From a virus (taxonomy: Duplodnaviria; Caudoviricetes): DNA of 39,810 bases. The DNA lies in the IMG/VR virus record IMGVR_UViG_3300008255_000231, positions 1 through 39,810 of that record; one strand, given 5' to 3'. Positions 1 through 8,309 of the stretch are shown here, one piece after another. A model generated the notes under the pieces. That model was not told the origin of the DNA, did not search any database, and saw only the letters and a list, made by a program, of their open reading frames with translations. A program made the translations under genes and the position numbers. How positions within the stretch are numbered: the first letter of the stretch is position 1; each line of letters starts with the position of its first letter.

Positions 1-52
1 AGAAAATATTGCGTAATCCACGCCTCGGTGTATATAATCTGCGTCTAGCATA

Positions 53-187
53 TTCCTCAACGATAATGCTACGTTACAGCCGTAGGCGCGGCCAGACCCA
101 GGCAAGTGCTGTATACGTGCTCCTACAGCCCCGTAGTGCCCGAATGCGCAATCTGGTCGCACTTTCCTCAATGATAATGCTACGTTA
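53..187. repeat. 24-bp direct repeat TTCCTCAA(C/T)GATAATGCTACGTTA (53-76, 164-187)
   Basis: Two copies with one mismatch, read directly. Confidence 0.9.
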
Positions 188-378
188 GCTAATTGAGCAA
201 TATCAGGTAGTTAGCGCTCGCGAGCGGAACCGCGGTCTTGGCGAGCTGGGTAGCGCGGTAGCATCACGCCTAACCCCCACCTCACGAATCTCTCAGCAAA
301 AGCCCGGGTAGGAAACACCACGCCAGTTATACATCCTGGGGTGCTTGACTCGGCCTGTAGCAGCGCGAGTGCTTTAGG

Positions 379-409
379 CCTTGCCGCGGTCTTTGAGGAC
401 CGCTAACGG
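379..409 (+). repeat. 31-bp hairpin-forming repeat, copy 1 (copy 2 at 36599-36629)
   Basis: CCTTGCCGCGGTCTTTGAGGACCGCTAACGG identical at both sites; GCGGTC/GACCGC stem. Confidence 0.9.
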
Positions 410-499
410 CCGTCGCATCGCTTGCTAGGCCTAGGCGGTAATGCAGAATATGCCTTCTTTTAAAGACATGCTTATTTATACCACACTTGGCTCTGAAAC

Positions 500-523
500 G
501 GTAGCTGTAGAGCACTAGCTAAC
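500..523. repeat. 24-bp repeat, inverted copy at 36269-36292
   Basis: GGTAGCTGTAGAGCACTAG(C/T)TAAC, one mismatch. Confidence 0.9.
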
Positions 524-569
524 AGCTTGATATCATTGGGTAACCACCTAAACTTGTAACTAGTTGATA
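520..569 (+). promoter_or_regulatory. Two IHF-consensus sites
   Basis: TAAcagcTTGATA (520-532) and TAActagTTGATA (557-569) match the reverse complement of WATCAANNNNTTR. Confidence 0.55.
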
Positions 570-702
570 TTACAGGAGGTTCATCTCGCGGCAAGCACGT
601 AACGCTTCTGAGCGACTAGCGTAGCCGTGTGCTACCGCGCCGCAAGTTACAATCCAACCCTCGCGCCCGTTGCGCTTGACGGTACATTTTCCCGCTTGTT
701 GT

Positions 703-975
703 TTACTCATCATCGGAACGCTCGCTTTCTATCTCGTTGAGATCGATACCAGACGCCATTTCAACCGCTACGATTGGTGCGTAGGCGCCGAGATTTTCTC
801 CATACCAGAACGCTGGTATTGCAACTGGACTCCAAACAGCCCAGCGGGGCCAGTTGTGCCGCTGCCCGTGGCGTAGTGCTTCCGCGCTGAATGTTTCGTA
901 GTCGTTGCCGCATGCGCCTGCAATCTTCGTTAGGTCTGCTAGTATGCCATTGGTTGTTTTGCTCATACTATTCAC
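703..975 (-). CDS. Hypothetical protein (start may be 966)
   Basis: Last ORF of a leftward small-gene operon, overlaps upstream stop, AAGGAG RBS. Confidence 0.6.
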   Translation of the reverse strand: MNSMSKTTNGILADLTKIAGACGNDYETFSAEALRHGQRHNWPRWAVWSPVAIPAFWYGENLGAYAPIVAVEMASGIDLNEIESERSDDE

Positions 976-1429
976 TCCTTTGAATTCGGATCTTCAATCC
1001 CTCTCGTTTGCATTCATCGGCGCTTAGGGCCCAGATCGCTTCACAGTAGTCAATTGACACAATCCCGGTTCCAGTTGCGTTGGGCTGGTAGGCGTATCCT
1101 TCTGCTAGTTCAGGCCAGTCAAACGCCTTGCCTTCTCCATCGCGCACGTTAGCGGCATAGGCTTTGTTTGCGATCTCATACTCTTCCTGGCTGTCGAAAC
1201 CGTAGGCTTCGTACAACTCCGACTTGTCTATTGGTGGTAGCTCGTCGTAGATTGCCTCGATCGCCTCTTCGATATTTCGCGCCACGGTGATGTACATCAC
1301 CCCGCCATACGGGTTATCCGACCAACACCAAATTGCTCCGTCGCGCCAGTGGTACCTGTTTATGACCGGTATTTCCCGACCGTAGTTGTCGTGCACACTC
1401 ACTAGTTCTGTGTCTCGTTTCAGGTTCAT
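968..1429 (-). CDS. Hypothetical acidic protein
   Basis: 153-aa ORF with AGGAG RBS. Confidence 0.75.
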   Translation of the reverse strand: MNLKRDTELVSVHDNYGREIPVINRYHWRDGAIWCWSDNPYGGVMYITVARNIEEAIEAIYDELPPIDKSELYEAYGFDSQEEYEIANKAYAANVRDGEGKAFDWPELAEGYAYQPNATGTGIVSIDYCEAIWALSADECKREGLKIRIQRSE

Positions 1430-1433
1430 GGCG

Positions 1434-1535
1434 TCATGCTCCTAATTGCTTATGATTGTTATCGTCGTCGCTGCTATCAGTAAAGAGGCTGATAACGAAT
1501 AGCGCGCCAAGCACCTTGAGAATGAATAGAATCAT
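1434..1535 (-). CDS. 33-aa membrane peptide (MILFILKVLGALFVISLF...)
   Basis: Manual translation; GGAGG RBS, ATGA overlap with upstream gene. Confidence 0.55.
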   Translation of the reverse strand: MILFILKVLGALFVISLFTDSSDDDNNHKQLGA

Positions 1536-1831
1536 TTGTTTTCCTCCATGTTGGTTTTGGGTACTAGGCGTGTCGTCGCCCTGGCCGATACGTTTACTCC
1601 GTGTTCAGCTTCATATGCCTCTTCAATTGCTTGCCAAGTCTTTTCGTGTACCGCTTCCGTGTACATTGTGCGTTCTTCTAGGTCTAGAACGTCAAGTGCG
1701 GCCGATAGCAGCGTGCGATTTGCATCCGTCTGGATCGGGTAGTGTTCAAGCTTGTCAACATAGGCGCGGAGTGCTTGCCGCATAGCCACGACTTGCGTGG
1801 GTGTTAGGTGTAATTTCTTGGTATCGCTCAT
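1532..1831 (-). CDS. Hypothetical protein (MSDTKKLHLT...)
   Basis: ORF track 1532-1852; GAAAGGAG RBS favours ATG at 1831. Confidence 0.7.
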   Translation of the reverse strand: MSDTKKLHLTPTQVVAMRQALRAYVDKLEHYPIQTDANRTLLSAALDVLDLEERTMYTEAVHEKTWQAIEEAYEAEHGVNVSARATTRLVPKTNMEENK

Positions 1832-1832
1832 G

Positions 1833-1955
1833 TTACTTGCTCCTTTCAACAAGCGTGGCGGTCATGGTTGGTGCTACAGATCGCCCTAGGAGCCAGCCCG
1901 CCGTGTTCAGCTGTTGATTGATTTTCGCGAGTTCGTTGTTTTGTTTGTTGCCCAT
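1833..1955 (-). CDS. 40-aa hypothetical protein, probably leaderless
   Basis: Manual translation MGNKQNNELAKINQQ...; TTTTCA-17nt-TACTCT ends 6 nt upstream of ATG. Confidence 0.5.
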   Translation of the reverse strand: MGNKQNNELAKINQQLNTAGWLLGRSVAPTMTATLVERSK

Positions 1956-2250
1956 GAATTAAGAGTAGTGGTTTTCAGTTCGCTTGAAAAGCGCTAAATG
2001 CATTAAGCCTAATCTTATTTATACGTGGAATTCTGAACTTATAGCGGAATTACAGTTGGGCTGTTACGAATTACAGTGACAACGGAATGCTTAGGTGCTA
2101 CGTTGATTGGATGCTCATCAATCGCACTAACCAAGCCCCATATAATGATAGGGCGCAGTGGGAAGACCAGCATGTGTGTACTTGTGCGCACGCGGTATTT
2201 AGGGGTAGTGAGTCACCGTAGAAGAAACCCCCAAAAAATTTGAAAATCTA

Positions 2251-2458
2251 TCCACGATTTTTTTAAAATTTAACGAAAATCATGGCTGGGTGTTTTATCC
2301 TAGTCCACGATTTTTTTTAATCAAGGCGTGGATTTCACGGCGTGTATAGCGTACAGCCCTGCCGCAAAAAGGTAGGTTTTTGAAATGCTTAGGGGGTACG
2401 GTTCCAACAAGGACTCGTTGGTAGGGTGGGTTTTTGAAATGCTCCGGGAGGTACGGTT
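2251..2458. repeat. A/T-tract region with two repeat pairs
   Basis: TCCACGA-T7/8-AA at 2251 and 2304; GGTTTTTGAAATGCT..GGTACGGTT at 2375-2403 and 2429-2458. Confidence 0.8.
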
Positions 2459-2464
2459 TTGCGC

Positions 2465-2758
2465 TTAAGCCCCCCATACCCCGTGCACTGTGCCTATCCA
2501 CCGGGTTTGACTACCTCTTGATAGATGTGCTAGCTCTGTAGCTAGTACCGATACGCCTACATCATCAATACCAATACGCCACTGATCTCTCTCTAGGGAT
2601 AGTACTGCCTTGCTTACATCATCCTTTGAGGCTAGTGTACCGCGACCCAGTTCTGTGTATTTACCGTCGGCACGGACAAGGCGATACTCCAGCTCGTAAT
2701 CACCGTCGAGGGTGTAGAATATGGCAGCCACCACTGCATCACCATGCGCTGGTTTCAT
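2465..2758 (-). CDS. Hypothetical protein (MKPAHGDAVV...)
   Basis: ORF track 2465-2866; ATG at 2758 couples with upstream stop (TAATG). Confidence 0.6.
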   Translation of the reverse strand: MKPAHGDAVVAAIFYTLDGDYELEYRLVRADGKYTELGRGTLASKDDVSKAVLSLERDQWRIGIDDVGVSVLATELAHLSRGSQTRWIGTVHGVWGA

Positions 2759-3183
2759 TATGCTGCCTTTCCGACTAGGTCGAGCTTGGTAGCATTTTTG
2801 GATACGACATATACACCGGGGGATTTTTCGGTTAATGACGCAATTCTGCGCAAGCGCGGGGTACACACCAGTCGCTTGGTGGTTGTATCGTACTGTGGGC
2901 CTACGCCTATCCAGGTGCCGTCAACCGCGCGTACTGCTGTTGCGCCGGGGGTTAACTCGGACGTGGCTACCAGCGCCGCTACCTTCGTGGTAAAGCCAAC
3001 ACGCGAATGCCGTCCACCTGTGGGATTCTCGCTATTTAGCACGGCTATCACCGCATCCACGATGGATTGTGCTAACTCACTGGTTGCGCCAATTTTCTCT
3101 AGCTCCTGCATGGCTATGCTGCGGGTTGCGGTTGTGTTGCGGGTTGCGGTTGCCGGGTGCTTGTTATTGCGTTTTGTACTCAT
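2758..3183 (-). CDS. Hypothetical basic protein (MSTKRNNK...)
   Basis: ORF track 2758-3216; ATG at 3183 lies just downstream of a sigma54-like promoter. Confidence 0.65.
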   Translation of the reverse strand: MSTKRNNKHPATATRNTTATRSIAMQELEKIGATSELAQSIVDAVIAVLNSENPTGGRHSRVGFTTKVAALVATSELTPGATAVRAVDGTWIGVGPQYDTTTKRLVCTPRLRRIASLTEKSPGVYVVSKNATKLDLVGKAA

Positions 3184-3196
3184 GCTTAGGTACCTA

Positions 3197-3212
3197 TGCA
3201 CGCAGTGTGCCA
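3197..3212 (-). promoter_or_regulatory. sigma54-type -24/-12 promoter (leftward)
   Basis: TGGCACACTGCGTGCA, exact GG-N10-GC spacing. Confidence 0.6.
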
Positions 3213-3363
3213 CCATATTCTATGAAACGGCTATACTGATTTTGAATACTTAGGTGTGTACGGCGGTGTAACACTGGCAAGTATAGTTGCCACAATCTGT
3301 TGTCAGTTGACCACAGATATTGCGGGTGTTTGCATTAAGCGCGGTTTAGCGTACACTGCTGGC

Positions 3364-3675
3364 ATGACCTTGACCTATGAAGAGCGGTTCGAATTAGCCA
3401 AGAAGGAATTCGAGGAGAACAGCGAGCGTGAAGGGTACCTAAACAGGATCATATTATCGATGGCCGATGTAACCATGTACGCCAAGAACAAGCGTAATAA
3501 TATAATAAAACAGCAGTCTAAGGCCGAGTATGATAACTGGTGCCGAAACTTACGTGAGGTATGGTACCAAATAGGTAGCATATATTGGATACAAATGCAT
3601 GCAGGAGGGGTATGTCACGAGAGTCGTTGTACTTGCAAGAGGAAGAAACCACCGGGCTCGACAGTGTGCATCTAG
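3364..3675 (+). CDS. Hypothetical protein (MTLTYEERF...)
   Basis: ORF track 3256-3675; TTTGCA-17nt-TACACT ends 6 nt upstream of ATG 3364. Confidence 0.6.
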   Translation: MTLTYEERFELAKKEFEENSEREGYLNRIILSMADVTMYAKNKRNNIIKQQSKAEYDNWCRNLREVWYQIGSIYWIQMHAGGVCHESRCTCKRKKPPGSTVCI

Positions 3676-4163
3676 CACCACTAATGAGCAGCACTAAGCT
3701 CGACTGGGAGACCCCAGATAAGGTGTTAGACCTAGTACGCTTTACGTTCTGCGGGCCAATACGCCTTGATCCGTGTACTACTAGCGCTAATCCTACACAG
3801 GCTCAGCACATCTACACGCGCGAGAACAGTGGACTAGATGCAAAGTGGGACAGCGACTTTGTGTACGCCAATCCTCCGTACGGGCGTGAGCTCCCACAGT
3901 GGGTGGACAAGATCGTAACTGAGTACCTTCGTGGATGCCAGTACATGCTGGTCCTGGTGCCGGCGCGTACCGACACTAAGTGGTTCAGACGACTATACGA
4001 TTTCTCGGGCGCTTTATGCCTGTTTAGCGGGCGGCTAAAGTTCCGTGGAGCTAAGGCCTCGGCACCGTTTCCTAGTGCCATGTTCGGTCTAAGCGTAAAC
4101 TACGAGCGCTTTTTGACCGTGTTTGAAGACTACGGTATCGTCATAAACCCCCGTAATCATTAA
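3666..4163 (+). CDS. Phage DNA N6-adenine methyltransferase (Dam-like); start 3666 or 3684
   Basis: WETP, LDPC, NPPY, LVPARTDTKWF, GRLKF and APFPS motifs. Confidence 0.9.
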   Translation: MHLAPLMSSTKLDWETPDKVLDLVRFTFCGPIRLDPCTTSANPTQAQHIYTRENSGLDAKWDSDFVYANPPYGRELPQWVDKIVTEYLRGCQYMLVLVPARTDTKWFRRLYDFSGALCLFSGRLKFRGAKASAPFPSAMFGLSVNYERFLTVFEDYGIVINPRNH

Positions 4164-4197
4164 GTTCCCCCGAAACCACGTAATTCTGTGGGCAAGT

Positions 4198-4213
4198 TGG
4201 CACGGTTTGTGCT
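4198..4213 (+). promoter_or_regulatory. sigma54-type -24/-12 promoter for the late operon
   Basis: TGGCACGGTTTGTGCT, GG-N10-GC, near consensus TGGCACG-N4-TTGC. Confidence 0.65.
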
Positions 4214-4229
4214 ACCGTTGTGGTAGCAT

Positions 4230-4697
4230 ATGCTACCCGAAGGCGCAAAGATACGTGATTATAACCCGGAGACGGACCTTAATTACGTAACCGATAGCTG
4301 GCGTCGCTCTTATGAGCACTCGCCGTGGTCGGGCACTATGCCCACACGTACTTACATCGAGGCATATAATAGTACACTACGCCATCTACTGGCTGTGCCG
4401 ACTACTCTAATCAGCATAGTATGTACAGAAACCGCAGAGGAACTGGATGAAAACTTCATTATCGGTTACATCGTGTACGATCTTGACGGATACAAACAGC
4501 CCGTAGTTCACTACATGTATGTCAAGGAGCCCTTTCGCAAGAAGGGTATTGGTAAGGAGCTACTGACTGTGGTGCTCGGCGATGCTAGCTCTTTCAAGTA
4601 CACGTTTCGCACCCGAAGCTGTGATCTGCTACGCGGGCGGTTTCTCGGACAGTTTTCACCAAGGTTGATTAATGAAAAGCAGCGTAAGAAAGCATAA
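4230..4697 (+). CDS. GNAT-family acetyltransferase
   Basis: YMYVKEPFRKKGIGKELL (R/QxxGxG motif A). Confidence 0.8.
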   Translation: MLPEGAKIRDYNPETDLNYVTDSWRRSYEHSPWSGTMPTRTYIEAYNSTLRHLLAVPTTLISIVCTETAEELDENFIIGYIVYDLDGYKQPVVHYMYVKEPFRKKGIGKELLTVVLGDASSFKYTFRTRSCDLLRGRFLGQFSPRLINEKQRKKA

Positions 4698-4887
4698 GAC
4701 ACCAATCACGCAGCTTATTCTAAAAAATAGGGCCGACGGTCGTAGTACTTTTGATTACCGTACTCATAATATCGAGTTTGAAGCCGATCTTCCCCGACAC
4801 TTCACAATAGCCACCCCGGGTCGCAATTTTAAGATGCTTATCCACGAGTGCCACGTTTCTGAAGTTCGCATTGATATTACCGATTAA
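4672..4887 (+). CDS. Hypothetical protein
   Basis: 71-aa ORF bridging GNAT and terminase. Confidence 0.55.
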   Translation: MKSSVRKHKTPITQLILKNRADGRSTFDYRTHNIEFEADLPRHFTIATPGRNFKMLIHECHVSEVRIDITD

Positions 4888-6277
4888 TCAAATTATTGAG
4901 GGCATGTTTCCGTCTCAGCGCGCTTTTGTGCTGGACCCGAACACGCGCGTGTCTGCGTTGTGCCCACGAAGGTCCGGTAAATCATACTCGTGTTGTGTGC
5001 GGCTGCTTAAGACCGCCCTAGAAACGGATTTTTGTACCGTAGTGTACATAACACTGACTCTACAGCAGGCCACACAGAACATTTGGTCCTTGCTAAAGAA
5101 GTTTAATGCGGACCACGAATTAGATGCGAAGTTTAATGAGACGAAACGGGAAGTTTATCTTCCCAACGGGTCGCAGATACGACTAGTGGGAGCAGCGGAC
5201 CGAGGAGCAGGCGAGAAGCTCCGTGGTGGTGCGTATGCGCTAGTAGTGCTTGATGAATGTAAGTCCTTCCGACCGGCGGTTCTTAGGGAGCTTATCTATG
5301 AGGTTCTTACGCCGGCTCTTTACGATTACGTGAGCCCCGACGGTACTCCTGGGGGCACACTGTGCATGATTGGTACCCCCGGTAACGTGCTGGCTGGTCC
5401 ATTCTACGATGCTACCACGGGTGTTGACCCGACGTGGAACTTCCACAGTTGGACCGTACAAGATAACGTTGCTATGCCCCATATTTGGCAGGGTATGCTT
5501 CGAGACCACGCAGCCCGTGGAGAAAGCGATGACGAACCAAAGTGGCGCCGCGAGTACCTGGGGCATTGGATTCCTTCGACCGAGTTGGCTGTTTTTAAAT
5601 TCGACCCAGCCCGTGATACGGTGGGAGCAGACCAGGTACACCACGACGAGGATTGGTCGTACATACTTGGCGTGTTTATCGGGCTTGATGGCACGATGGC
5701 CGCGGTGGTATCCGCGTATAGCGCACATGAATCTACGCTGCGTGTTGTCTGGGACCATCGCGAGTTTGGGGTCACCCTTACCGATACCGCTAAGCTTATT
5801 AAGCAGACCGTCAAGCGGTTTAAGCCAGAAATAACGATTGCATCCACTAATGATTTTAATGACAGCCTGATCAACAGGCTGAATCTGCAGTACGAGCTGG
5901 ACCTAGTACCAGCTGGGGCTGATAACGAGGTTAACTCCCTAGTCGAGCTGATCAACACTGACCTGCGCGACGGAGTAATTAAAATGCCCGAGGGTTCTGA
6001 ACTAGCTCACGAAATGGCTCTCCTACAGTGGGAGAGCTCCGAGAAAAACAAGTGGGACGAAGATACGCCCGACCAATGTAGCCAAGCGTTTATGCACGCA
6101 TGGAACGAGGCGCAACATAGGTTCTACCGCGAACCGGAAATTAAGCCCACCCAGCTCCAACTGGTTTTTGAGCTCGAACGCGAGAGCATGAACAAAATGG
6201 TAGAGAAACGCGACCGGCCGATGGCACGTTATGAGTACGGCGATAGCCTACTGGATGAGTTTGATGCCAAATTCTAA
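4871..6277 (+). CDS. terL: Terminase large subunit
   Basis: Walker A PRRSGKS, LRGG, Walker B VVLDE, coupling motif IGTP, DNxxMP, WRREYLGHW. Confidence 0.93.
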   Translation: MILPINQIIEGMFPSQRAFVLDPNTRVSALCPRRSGKSYSCCVRLLKTALETDFCTVVYITLTLQQATQNIWSLLKKFNADHELDAKFNETKREVYLPNGSQIRLVGAADRGAGEKLRGGAYALVVLDECKSFRPAVLRELIYEVLTPALYDYVSPDGTPGGTLCMIGTPGNVLAGPFYDATTGVDPTWNFHSWTVQDNVAMPHIWQGMLRDHAARGESDDEPKWRREYLGHWIPSTELAVFKFDPARDTVGADQVHHDEDWSYILGVFIGLDGTMAAVVSAYSAHESTLRVVWDHREFGVTLTDTAKLIKQTVKRFKPEITIASTNDFNDSLINRLNLQYELDLVPAGADNEVNSLVELINTDLRDGVIKMPEGSELAHEMALLQWESSEKNKWDEDTPDQCSQAFMHAWNEAQHRFYREPEIKPTQLQLVFELERESMNKMVEKRDRPMARYEYGDSLLDEFDAKF

Positions 6278-6470
6278 TAAGATTTCTAATAAAATGAACC
6301 TACGCAAATTAGCCAACCTGCTAGATCTGTTGAGCAAGCACGGTGTCCGCTCATACACCGACGGTGAAGTAACGATTGAGCTCACAAAGCCAGAAGTCGA
6401 GTGGCAGGCACCAGCACAAGAAGAGGATGAATATGAGATACCTTTCTTAGATGGCATACGCACTCAATAG
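6231..6470 (+). CDS. Small hypothetical protein (start likely 6260-6300)
   Basis: ORF between terminase and portal. Confidence 0.6.
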   Translation: MSTAIAYWMSLMPNSNKISNKMNLRKLANLLDLLSKHGVRSYTDGEVTIELTKPEVEWQAPAQEEDEYEIPFLDGIRTQ

Positions 6471-8307
6471 TACAAAGTTCTGGTGGGAAGCTGACCCGGA
6501 TGATGTTGCGGCCGAGCTGTTCGCTCATGTTGAACAGCTGGAATCAGACCAACAGTACATCCAGCAGCAGCACTTAGCCTATGCGAAGCTGTACAGCGGT
6601 CGTGAGGATATGCGCGGTTCGATGACCGGCATCGTGGGTAATACGAGCTCTCAGCAAATTACCAATAACGTCATTAGTCAGGTTATAGATACCGCAACTT
6701 CCGTTATCGCAAAGAACAAACCGAAGATTAGGATCCTCACAAGCGGCGCCGATTGGGCCGACCAGCGCAAAGCACAGAAGCTCGAAAAGTTCCTCTGGGC
6801 GGAATTCAACCACCGAGAGATCTACGATATTGGCCCCGATGTCTTTCGCGACGCGTGTGTATACGGTACAGGCGCGCTGAAGATATTCGCTAAGCACGGT
6901 AAGGTGTGTGCGGAACGGGTGCCCATTGATGAGATTATCGTGGATGAAGCCCACTGCGCCAACAGGAAGCACCCCCGAGAGCTCTTCCACCGACGTTTGG
7001 TAGATCGTGACGAGCTTTGCGGAATGTTCCCTGATCACGAAGATCTGATTGAGCGGGCTGGCGCTAAGCGACGCGACTGGGCAGATTACCGGGAGGTACC
7101 TGCTTACAAAGTTGTGGTTATCGAGGGTTGGAAGCTGCCAGCGGCACCGGGGGCACCTGGCCGGCATGTCATCGCGGTAGAGACGGGCGTCCTTCTCGAT
7201 AAGCCCTGGAAGAAAGACACACACCAGTTTGCCTTATTCCGGTGGAACCGGTTTAACGGGTTCTACGGCAAGGGCATTGCGGAAGAGATCTCTGACATAC
7301 AACTTCGTTTGTACCAGCTTGATAGGTTTATCCAGAAATGCCAAGACCTAATAGCTGTACCACGGGTATTCGTGGATGTTCAAAGTAAAGTGCTCCGCAT
7401 GCAGCTGGACAATCGTATAGGGGCAATTATCCCCTATCGTGGGCAACCGCCTACATTCTATACGCCTAAGGCGCTTGACTCGGAAATCTACAACTACCGG
7501 AACGATCTAGCCCGCGAGGCCTTCGAGCGTATCGGTCTTAACCAGGGTACAGCACAAGCTATGGTACCCACCGGCGTTGAATCCGCAGTAGCTATGCGCG
7601 AGGTAAGCCAACGCCAAGATAGCCGCTTTAGCATTCAAGCCCAACGTTATGAGGAGTGGTACAAGGAGGTCGGGCGCAAGTTCATTGATTGCGCATCGGA
7701 GCTGTATCACAGCGGCACTACGCTTAAGACCAACTACGCGGCTAAGAACCTTATCGAAACTATCGACTGGAAAGATGTCGATATGGAAGAAGAGCGATTC
7801 GGTATGTCAGTGGAGGCCGCGAGTATCTTCAGTATGTCGGCGGCCGCACGCCTCCAGAGCGTAACGGAGCTCGCACAAGTGGGAGTTATTGGCCCACAGG
7901 AAATGCGCCGGTTGCTTAACCACCCAGACCTTGAACAGTCTGAGGCTATTGCTAACGCCGACCAGGACGACTGTGACCGCGTTATCGGAATTATGCTTGA
8001 AGGTGAGTTCGACCCGCCCGAGCCGTTCCAGAATCTAGAATTTTGCTTAAAGCGTATTCAGCTTGCCTATCTGAAAGCAAGAACCGATGGAGCTCCAGAA
8101 GAGATATTGGAGAACTTTCGAACTTGGATCAGTCAGGCACGCGGGATTATCGACATGGGTAGTCAACCAGCGGCTAACGCTCCAATGCCAGAGCAAGGCC
8201 CAATTGACCCAGCTACAGCCGCGCAGGTAGCTGAACAAGGAATACCAGTTGACCCGGCCCTACAGGGCCTCGAGGCGGGAGTTGCCCCGCAAATGATGTT
8301 AGGATAA
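6451..8307 (+). CDS. Portal protein
   Basis: 618 aa after terminase; DACVYGTG and FYGKGIAEEI motifs, low-complexity C-terminus. Confidence 0.88.
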   Translation: MAYALNSTKFWWEADPDDVAAELFAHVEQLESDQQYIQQQHLAYAKLYSGREDMRGSMTGIVGNTSSQQITNNVISQVIDTATSVIAKNKPKIRILTSGADWADQRKAQKLEKFLWAEFNHREIYDIGPDVFRDACVYGTGALKIFAKHGKVCAERVPIDEIIVDEAHCANRKHPRELFHRRLVDRDELCGMFPDHEDLIERAGAKRRDWADYREVPAYKVVVIEGWKLPAAPGAPGRHVIAVETGVLLDKPWKKDTHQFALFRWNRFNGFYGKGIAEEISDIQLRLYQLDRFIQKCQDLIAVPRVFVDVQSKVLRMQLDNRIGAIIPYRGQPPTFYTPKALDSEIYNYRNDLAREAFERIGLNQGTAQAMVPTGVESAVAMREVSQRQDSRFSIQAQRYEEWYKEVGRKFIDCASELYHSGTTLKTNYAAKNLIETIDWKDVDMEEERFGMSVEAASIFSMSAAARLQSVTELAQVGVIGPQEMRRLLNHPDLEQSEAIANADQDDCDRVIGIMLEGEFDPPEPFQNLEFCLKRIQLAYLKARTDGAPEEILENFRTWISQARGIIDMGSQPAANAPMPEQGPIDPATAAQVAEQGIPVDPALQGLEAGVAPQMMLG

Positions 8308-8309
8308 AG

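Noticed and set aside
2295-2501. 68-aa ORF with an HFKN repeat
   Set aside because: Likely just a translation of the DNA repeat in an A-tract region; no RBS.
3273-3290. TGGCAAGTATAGTTGC as a sigma54 promoter
   Set aside because: GG-to-GC spacing is 11 nt, not 10.
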